A stretch of DNA of 64,000 nucleotides from Macrostomum lignano (Eukaryota). The notes under the pieces were generated by a model, which saw nothing but the letters and a program-made list of their open reading frames with translations, searched no databases and was not told the origin of the DNA. Below, piece by piece: positions 54,905 through 64,000 of the stretch. The DNA is taken from NCBI GenBank assembly GCA_002269645.1, contig NIVC01001072.1, positions 1 through 64,000 on the forward strand. Direction: 5' to 3'. The position numbers were made by a program, and so were the translations under genes. The stretch's first letter is position 1. Every line of letters starts with the position of its first letter.

Positions 54905-57900
54905 CTACTGCTGCGCCTGCGGCAGCGACCCGCTGTTGACTTTCTCGGCCCACTGCTGGCGAAGCCGTCGACGAAGCTCCTCGCGTTGCTTCCCAATTTC
55001 CAACCGGTGCTTCAGAAAGTCTTCGACCACGTCTTCCGGAATTCCGCCGCCGCCTCCGCCACCGCCACCGCCTCCGCTACCTACAGTGGAGCCCAGGTGG
55101 TGCAGGAGCTGAGAAGTGCGAGGCTCATCGCATCCGCTGTCGTCTGCGCCTCGATAGCAACCTGGATGACTGCTGCTGTTGTTGTTGCTGTTGCGCTTAC
55201 TAACAGTAGTAGAGCATCCATTGCTGCAGTGTTGCTGCTGCTGCTTCTGCTGTGGTTGCTTTCGCTGTTGCTGTGGCTGCGTCTGCTTTGCAGATTTTCG
55301 ATTAGGCCTCGGCTGCTGCTGATGGTCTTGCCGGGACTGAAATGTCAACAGATAAAACAAATCACACTGATTTTAAAAATCATGTGTCCAGAGTCTTTGA
55401 GAATGACGTCATCATTTGTGACCTTGAGAATTACATTATCAGTTGTAATCTAATAATGTCTTGAGCTAAAGAAAAACTTCATAAATCATGACCTTTAGAA
55501 TGACGTCATCATTTGTGACCTAATTATGACGTCAGTAGTCTTAAAATTGATTATGACGTCATCAATTGAGACCTTGATAATGATATCATCAATCGTACCT
55601 TGAGAATGACATCATCAGTTGTGACCTTGAGAATGGCATCGTCAATTGCGACTCTTAGAATGACGTCATCAGACGTGACCTTCAAAAGTACATTATTAGT
55701 CCTGACCCGACCAATAAGCTAGATTACAAACTACAATTAAAAAAATGACGCAATAACACACGCCCCAGACTTACAGACGATAGCGGACGCTGCCGATCGC
55801 ACTGAGTTGTTTGCGCACCGTTCGCTACGCTTTCCACAGACGACGGCTTCTGCTGCTGTCTTTGTGTCTGATTGCCTGTCGTACGCTGACGACGAACTGA
55901 ACCGCCAACGCTGCGTCCGCCAGTCGCTGAGCACTCCTCAGTCTCACTGAAACCGCTGCTATTGTGGCTTGTCGAACAGGACGACGAAGAGGCCGAGGAA
56001 GCCGCGCCGCCGTTGCCGCCGCCGTTGCTGCCGCCAGAGGATCGAGGCGAATGATCGGAAGGCCTCGGTGGTGGCTGCTGCTGCTGCTGACTAGTGGGTG
56101 CTGACTGTTCATCAACCTTGTTGTCACAATTAGTAGCTGATGCTGTCTCGCTATCCCCAGTCAAGTGTTGCGTCACTGGAGCAAGCTGTAATTAGATGAC
56201 GAGGAATTTAATGCTAAAATACTACTATAGTTACTCCAGCCGTTTACCCAACTGCTAAAAAATCTACGGTAAGGTATATAATGATAAGTCTTATAGCGTA
56301 CGCTTTTTACGACAGTCGAAATGCTGACTTATTCGTTTAAAGGAACTACGAACTAAAGGAAAGAAGAGAAGCACTTTAAAAAACGGGAACCAACTACGGC
56401 TAGGACGCTAACTACAGAGAATGGCGCCAGCTACAGGGGGCCGCTAGCTACAGAGAATGGCGCCAGCTACAGAGAATGGCGCCAGCTACAGGGGGCCGCT
56501 AGCTACAGAGAATGGCGCGAGCTACAGGGGGCCGCTAGATAGAGGGGGCGCTAGCTACAAAGATGCGCCAGCTACAGAGGGGCACCAGCTACAGAGGAGG
56601 CGCCAGCTACAGAAGGGCGCCAGCTACAGAAGGGCGCCAGCTACAGAGGGCCGCTAGCTACAGAGGGGGCGCCAGCTACAGAGAATGGCGCCAGCTACAG
56701 GGGGCCGCCAGCTAGAGGGGGCGCTAGCTACAGAGAGGCGCCAGCTACAGTGGGGGGCGCCAGCTACAGAGGGGCGCCAGCTACAGAGGGGCGCCAGCTA
56801 CAGAGGGGACGCTAACTACAGAGAATGGCGCCAGCTACAGAGGAGGCGCCAGCTACAGAGGGGCGCCAGCTACAGAGGGGCACCAGCTACAGAGGGGCGC
56901 CAGCTACAAATATGGCCTGGAAGGTCAAAGCATCAAGTGCAGTAACTACCGTCACAACAGAGTCAGTAGCAGTGTCGGCCCCGTCTCCATCAGTGGCGCC
57001 GTTGCCAACCGCCGCCCGTTTATTCTGCCGTTTCTGGCGACGCTTCTCTCGTTTAGCTTCGCGCCGCTGCTCGGCCACCTTCTCCTCGCGCTCCAGCTGC
57101 CAGTAGAACAGGTCCAAAGAGGAGTAGCCGCGCTTCTTTTCTACGGCTGATTCCAAACCCTGGCGGAGCTGTTCAAGGCAAAGCAGCAGAGACAGCAGCC
57201 AGGTCTGTTCATCTGACCGGAGCGTGTGAGCCAGGTGAGTCAGCCGGTTGTACAGGTGCAATCCGATGCAGGTGAGCACTTCTTCTTGCGCCGCGTCCAT
57301 TGTTTGCGCATGGCGTTCGCGCGGATTGCTGCAATTGTTGGAGCTACATTGAGCGGCACATCAGTAGGTAATAAGGTCAAAGGGAATTCGCAGGCTCTGG
57401 AATAGAGGCCTGATATGGTTACGCTTGCCCTTGCTGAAGAGATATTGACATGCCCAGAGACACATAAAAAGAACAACAGACACACATGGAGACGAATGGA
57501 CACAACTGAAGACATGCTTAAAGATAATTGGGCGGACACAGCCAGACACAGCACCACCCACCACCCAAGACTCATGAATGCAAGAATAGATGTAACCAAG
57601 GCCAAAGTTTAATAAACACATTTACGTGAAGGCACACTTCACTCAAAAAGAGCTGAATGTAATAACAGATATACAGAGACATGTTAGAAGATCAATGGAC
57701 ACACCTTAAGACACATCTGAAAGGCCTAATAGACACACTAAAAGGCGCATCTGACAAGACTAACGGACACACCAAGAGACACATCTAAACAGACTATGAG
57801 ACACAACAAAAGACACCTGTGAAAAGACTAAGGAAGGACACACTACGAGCGTAAAAGACATCTGAACATCTGAGACACAACAAGACACATCTGAACAGAC

Positions 57901-59998
57901 TATGAGACACAACAAGAGACACATCTGAACAGACTATGAGACACAACAAGACACATCTGAACAGACTATGAGACACAACAAGACACATCTGAACAGACTA
58001 TGAGACACAACAAGACACATCTGATTCTGAACAGACTATGAGACACAACAAGACACATCTAAACAGACTATGAGACACAACAAGACACATCTGAACAGAC
58101 TATGAGACACAACAAGACACATCTAAACAGACTATGAGACACAACAAGACACATCTAAACAGACTATGAGACACAACAAGACACATCTAAGCAGACTATG
58201 AGACACAACAAAAGACACCTGATTACTCACCTCTGCAGCAGCTCGGGCTCGGCCCTATCCACCAATTCGTACAGCGTGTCGGTGGCGGTTTTGTCCGGCA
58301 GCAGGTGCAAATGCCCGCGCTCCTTGCACACGCGAACAAAGGCGAACACCGCAGGCTTATAGGTGTTATCGGGCGCCTCGTCGCCAATCATCATGGCGAA
58401 TGCGCGTTCAACTTTGGCCCGACACTCGCGACAGAATTTATGCCTGACAAGATGAGCGTCCAGGGTGTCTTCCAGCGACTCGAATGACACCAGGCCTAGC
58501 TCGGCACGGCATTCTGTTGTCATGACATCCCACAGCTCCTTCCAGCTGGTCCTGCCCGTTTTGTGCGCGTCCAAGCCGTGCATAGCGCATCTGCGGCCTT
58601 TCTTTGCCTTGCCGCCGGCAGTAACTCGGCATTCTAGTACGCGGCGAACTACTTCAAGTAGGTAGTGAAGTCGGGTGGCCGAGGCGAACCAGTCGCTGTG
58701 AAGGCTGATCGTCTTTCCGCGGAGCTGCAGAATTTTTAACAAATAACAGTCTGGAACTCATGCTTCCGGTCCCGAATTCCTATTACAAAGATCCCTACTA
58801 ATTAGCCACATCACAACTACAGATATTCAGATCAAAGATCCTGATCCCGACAACCACACATTCCTGATCCCAACTTACTTTACCCCAGATCCCAACCCCA
58901 ACTACCATAATCCCCGAGCCAGCTACCCAGATCCCGATCCCAACAACCTCAAATCCAATCCCAATCCCAACTATCCAGATCCCGATCCCAGCTACCCAGA
59001 TCCCGATCTCAACTACCCAGATCCCGATCCCAGCTACCCAGATCCCGATCCCAGCTACCCAGATCCCGATCCCAGCTACCTCAAATCCCGATCCCAATAC
59101 TAACCTGCACGGGGTCCAGCGCCGGCTCCCCAGTCTCTCCAACATGACCCAGGAAGGCTTCAACAGCGCGTCTGCAGCCGACGCAGCCAATAACGGAGAT
59201 TGCGGCGCTGCCCAAATCGTCCGAGCTGCCCATCAGCGAGTCAGCCAGCTCTTTCTGTGTGAACAGATTGAATTTTTCTTTGAAGGCGGCAACGCCGGTA
59301 TCGTCTTGACCGGCTGGCGACGAGGCGTAAGCCAGATTGAACAGTCTGGTGTCGCACAGCTGCATGGTGACCTGAATGGAAAATCGAAATAAAATAATTG
59401 AGGTTTAGTGAGGTTCAACAACTCAAAGCATTTTAAGGCTTTTCAAGTTACTACAGGAATGACAGGGCGATAATGTACCCACGCTTTATGAAAACTTAAA
59501 AATACCAAATGAAGGTCCCCAAAATACCCACTGAAGGTCCCAAAGATACTCACTGAAGGTCCCAAAGATACCATCTGATGATCTCAAATATACCCACTGA
59601 TGAAGGTCCTAAAGATAGGTCTACTTATGGTCCTAAAGATACCCACTGATACTCTTAAATATTCACACTGAAGGTCTCAAAATACCCACTAAAGGTCCCA
59701 AAGATACCATCTGATGATCCGAAAGATACCCACTGAAGGTCCCAAAAATATGCACCGAAGGTCTAAGGATACTTACTAAAGGTCCCTAAAATACCCACTA
59801 AAGATCCCAAAGATACCAGCTGAGGATTCCTAAAGATATCCCTTGAAGGACCTAAAGTGACAAAAAAGTTTTATTACTAAATTTACTCACTGTTAAGTCA
59901 TCATCAATATCCACAGCCACTTGACGAGGCAATAGAAAATTGTTCTGATTAGCCTCTGTAACCACATCGATTGAACAGATTCTAAGGCTGTGCTCCAT
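54905..59998 (-). CDS. GGNBP2: Gametogenetin-binding protein 2 (GGNBP2/ZNF403), 6 exons, ~696 aa
   Basis: Exons 59891-59998, 59105-59371 (CVGCRRAVE, PALDPV), 58231-58724 (RCAMHGL, HKFCRECRAKV, RAEPE), 56950-57328 (RERHAQTMDAAQEEVLTCIGLHLY), 55775-56185 and 54905-55336. They total 2091 nt, in frame, all GT-AG. Confidence 0.9.
55390..55680. repeat. Degenerate ~27-bp minisatellite (GGNBP2 intron 5)
   Basis: Recurrent TGACCTTGAGAATGACGTCATCA. Confidence 0.8.
56415..56908. repeat. ~16-17-bp minisatellite (GGNBP2 intron 4)
   Basis: Recurrent GGCGCCAGCTACAGAG(G). Confidence 0.9.
57780..58220. repeat. 32-bp minisatellite (GGNBP2 intron 3)
   Basis: Unit GACACATCTGAACAGACTATGAGACACAACAA. Confidence 0.9.
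58840..59100. repeat. 21-bp minisatellite (GGNBP2 intron 2)
   Basis: Unit CCCAGATCCCGATCCCAGCTA. Confidence 0.9.
59510..59855. repeat. Degenerate 22-bp minisatellite (GGNBP2 intron 1)
   Basis: Unit AAGGTCCCAAAGATACCCACTG. Confidence 0.85.
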
Positions 59999-60632
59999 TT
60001 GATGCTGCAAAAAAAAGAATTTACTGTTCAAAGCAATATTTGAAGCAGGTAATAGCATGCCTTTCTTTTCTCTCCCTAGCTTTAACTATTTAATGCTCCT
60101 TATCTCTTTTGATTTATTTTCAATAGCTAGTGTTTATTTATTTCTTCTATTTTTTTTCTATTTGTCTTGCTATATTTAGTTAATTTTTGTGTTTTGGCAT
60201 ATGCATTTTTATGCATTGCTAAAATAAAACAATAAAGAAACTAAAAATCATAAACTCTTAAAGGTCTTAAAACTATCTGACAATTTTACAGCAAAATAAT
60301 ATAAAATACATAAACAATTTATTTAGTCTTTCATTTTTGCAAATCCTCAAATATAATTATTTAGCAACAAAAGATATAGCTGTTGCTTAGTTGCCTTGCG
60401 ATAACTTTCTATCTAGGTTACAAATAGGAAAAAAGTTTATGGCCATCTAATCTATACAATTTGCATCTGTCTCAGAAGGATTAGCAAGCCCTAATACAAT
60501 AAAGTAAAAAGAATACTTGAGTTATTTTTTTAAAAAGTTCAGTTTACTAAGCAAATTAAAGCACATTCATTTCACATTAGACAGTTGTATAAATCCATAA
60601 TACTAAAAATGAGATGTCTGTATGAGGGTAGG

Positions 60633-61110
60633 TACGAGGGGTGTCCAAAAAAGTAGTGATATTTTTAACTGTAGCTCTCATTCTATAGGGCCTAGCTTCT
60701 GGTGATTTGAAATTTTATGAACTGATAGTAGAAAATCTCCTCTACAGACTGCTTTTTGAATTTTAAAAATTGATCCAGAGAACAAAAGTTATACCCATTA
60801 AAGTAACTGTACCTGTACCATAGAGTTACATAAATTATAGGCTGAGCTTCATGAGATCCATGCCAAGTAAGCTTTGATGAATTGTTGATTTTGGCTTGTC
60901 CAACCTGTCAGCAATCTCTCTAATGGTCAAGAAGATCTAGAATGGAGTCTGCCAGTACATCAGGTTGATGAATGTATGGCCAACCCATATGATGCTGATC
61001 TGCCAAGTCAGTCCTTCCCTCTGAACTGCTCAAAACTATCATTTTGCTTACCATAGAGGATCCATGCGCAGAGCAAAGTTTGTGTGAATTTCCATAGCTG
61101 GCACTATGGC
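60633..61110 (-). mobile_element. Heavily decayed mariner remnant
   Basis: Mariner-like end TACGAGGGGTGTCC at 60633. The minus strand at ~60840-60930 reads LTIREIADRLDKPKSTIHQSLLGMDLMKLS, against LTIRQIADRLDTPSTTVHRCLSRMDFVKLT in the 23.7-kb transposase. Confidence 0.65.
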
Positions 61111-61463
61111 TAGCTATATAAATAATAAATTATATGCCTAACTAGGCCTAGCTACATTAAGTTAATTGCCTTTTTGGCTTTGGCCAAGTGGGAACCAATC
61201 AAAGGGTTGAGACCATTGAGTTAAAGACTAAGTTGTTTACTTGTATCTAGTCATAGCCTAGGGAGCAAATGGCTAACATTATATAATTATAGACTCAGAG
61301 GCAAAGAGCATATATTTAGCCCTAGCTCTAACTTGAGGCAGCTAGGGCCTAGGCCTAGCTTTAAATTATTTGTTTTAATTAAGATTTTACTAATAGAAAT
61401 AATATCAGCTATCCTGCAGAATCATATAATTTTAATGCCTAAACACTTCTAAAATGTTGGCAT

Positions 61464-62065
61464 CAGGGGCATAGCCAGGAATTTCCTACAGGAGGGGTAT
61501 ACCAAGGTGAATTTTCTATGGCGGATAGGCCTACACCAAGGTAAAAGTGCTATGACAGAGTCACATGGTAGTAGAGGTCGGACGGGATTGAAATCTTCAG
61601 GCGGGATCGGGATCGGGAATAATTTTTTTCTCGGGATCGGGATCGGGATCGGGATTCGGGAATCGGGATCAGGTCTTTTAGTGTATTGTCCATGTAAAGT
61701 TAAACAAAATTGAGAAAAGATTGTCAAGATCAAGAAGTAAAACACAACGAAATTGATATGAAGTTTTGTAACCAACAAAGTAAATAATATAACGAGTACA
61801 AGTTGAAGCAAAATACCTTTAAGTAATCACTAATTCTATAAATTATTAATCGAAAGACCTGTTCCCGAATCTCGACTTTTTTAGGGTCGGGATTCTGGTC
61901 CCGCGGGAATTCAATTTTCCTCGGGATCCCAAGATTTCGGGATCAAGATCGGGATCCCGTCTGACCTCTACATGGTAGTATGTATAGCAACAAAGGCAAC
62001 AAAAAAGTTTTGGTCAGGCTCTTCGGGGGAATACATCCCCCCTATCCCCCCTCCCTACACCCCTG
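61464..62065. mobile_element. hAT-type MITE (outer) with perfect 8-bp TSD GTTGGCAT
   Basis: CAGGGGCATAGCCAGG...CCCTACACCCCTG; TSD at 61456-61463 and 62066-62073. Confidence 0.85.
61572..61970. mobile_element. hAT-type MITE (inner, nested) with perfect 8-bp TSD CATGGTAG
   Basis: TIR TAGAGGTCGGACGGGAT / ATCCCGTCTGACCTCTA; subterminal GGGATC repeats; TSD at 61564-61571 and 61971-61978. Confidence 0.9.
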
Positions 62066-62716
62066 GTTGGCATAATGAAAATATTCATTTTTTGCAAGCT
62101 TCATGTCAATAGCTAAAAAATATGCATACAGTGAGTTTAACAAACAATTCTGCAGGATAGCCCCCCTAGCCATAATATTTAATCTAAGTAGGCCTAGGGC
62201 CTAACGTGTATAACAGCAAGTCTAGTTAAAGAGTCAAAAAGGTACAGATTCACATAAATCGACAGATGCAGTGAGAGTGAGATGCTAGACCCCTACTATA
62301 GGCCTAACTAGGCCTACCCTAGCCCTAGGCGCTGCGCTATCGCGCTAGTCAAGTGAAATTCAGAAAAGAAAGAAAAGGATAGTCAGATTATTAATTAGAT
62401 TGCAGGAAAACAGTGACAAGGCTTGCTTGAGCAGCATTTCTCATTTAATCATAATCCCAGCAAAACAAGAAAGCAATCATCAATTAATTTAAGAACGCGT
62501 CGAACGTTGTCATCATAAATAGGCTATGAAAGTTCGATTGCCAGTTTTAAATTTTGTAAATACAATATAAGATAATTCATCTAGATTTTTCTTTATACCT
62601 TTTTCACAATGAGAAACATAGCATGCATTTTAGGACGTTTTAAAAGTTTTTTAAACTGTCTGTTTTGTTTAAAAAGCTATTTTCAAGACGACAATAGTGT
62701 AAACGAACTATTTTTA

Positions 62717-62977
62717 GGGCCTTTTCATATTGCTTGTTCTGGTTCCAGAACCAGAACCAATTTGTGAAGTATAACTTTTTGTCTCCATAACTAGAGGGAG
62801 CTACGTGCTATAAATTCTTTATTATTGAATGACAATCGCCAAGAAGAAAGTGAAAATTGTGCTAAGTGAGGTTGTTAAGGCAGTCAAACATTCAACAGAA
62901 TTAAATAGTTATACTGCTGTTTTTCTTGGAAGATCCGAACCGATTCTGATTCTGGAATTGGTAATATGAAAAGCCTC
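62717..62977. mobile_element. PIF/Harbinger-like MITE, copy 3
   Basis: Homologous to copies 1 and 2; left flank TTA, right flank TTT. Confidence 0.8.
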
Positions 62978-64000
62978 TTTCCCTTATTTTTGTTTTCCCG
63001 CCGGCGCCAATTTGCTTTTGTGACCAATGATTGTCCAAATTTTTCGTAATTGATTGAAGGCTATAAGTTTTGCTGTGTCACCTTTGAAAAGTGAAGTTTG
63101 AAGTCTGCCTGTGTCTGTCTAACCCAGATCACGACTGTAGCCTAGCATTCTCAGGTTTAAAGTGCCAAGTGAGGTCGACCCTAGCGTTGCTTTGCTTAGT
63201 TTTTCATGAACTGACTGACTTATTTGCACGTGCTTCTGTATGCAAGTTCATAAAAAATTTGGGCCCAAACTTAAAAAGTAGACATTCTCCTTAGATTTAC
63301 ATAGAGTAGGTGATGTAGGTTAAGGCCTAGCCTAGCCAACCCTAGATGACTAGACCTACCTAGGCTAGGCTCCCTAGGCCTATGCCTATGCTAGGGCTAG
63401 GCCTATGGAGATGGGCAATTAATTTTAGTGAGTTATAATAGGGGGCCTATTTTAATATTTTTTATTAGGCCTATCTACCTTTAGGCTATGCAGCCTACCT
63501 AAGACTAAGTATGCCCCTAACTTTTTTGCTAGGCCTATACTATACCTTACCTTGGCTCAACTTACTTTTATTGATGCCCACTATCATTAGGGGCCTATGT
63601 CATTTTTAAAAATTTTATTAGCTTTTTTATTCTTTTTTTCTTATTGATGACTTGCAGGTACTTGAGCTGATTTCCCATACTGCTATTAGCCTACTATTAC
63701 TGGTTGAAAGTTATTTTGTCTGCTATTAGTTTGTTTGCCACTCTTTTGTCTACAAAAATATGATGCAATCATTTTGTTTGTCAACAAAATATCAAATATA
63801 ATGTCAGTCTAAAAAATATCTGGACTATATATCTTAAAAATACTTTAAAAGTAAAGATAAACTCATTTTTTAAAAGTACAAGTATATCTAAACATATTAT
63901 TTTACAACCCAAAAAACATTGACTTGACTTATATACATAGGCCTAAACATAAAATTCAAAGTTAAGTTATAAACCTTGCAACAAGACAGCAAATGTGTTA

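Overview
Animal (invertebrate) genomic DNA, read from canonical GT-AG exon structures, the gene content and dense intronic minisatellites. The style suggests a Macrostomum-like flatworm, but that is inference only. Reconstructed by hand: two intronless C-type lectin + PAN/apple-like genes (-), two tandem intronless MATE/SLC47 transporter genes (-), a vasopressin/GnRH-superfamily GPCR (-), an Inturned (INTU)-like gene (-, 5 exons), a MINDY4B-like pseudo-deubiquitinase (-, 9 exons), DCUN1D3 (+, 3 exons) and GGNBP2 (-, 6 exons). Mobile DNA comprises a near-intact DD34D mariner inside a foldback-like palindrome, decayed Tc1/mariner copies, Tc1-, hAT- and Harbinger-type MITEs with readable TSDs, a tRNA-derived SINE (2 copies), and gypsy and THAP remnants. 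Main patterns worth following up: loss of both catalytic residues in the MINDY gene; a splice acceptor just upstream of most start codons, with a possible MINDY4B-INTU operon; a different minisatellite in almost every large intron; and sharply bounded CpG-depleted domains. Exon coordinates were derived by eye and frame-checked. Homology calls rest on recalled family motifs, not on database searches.
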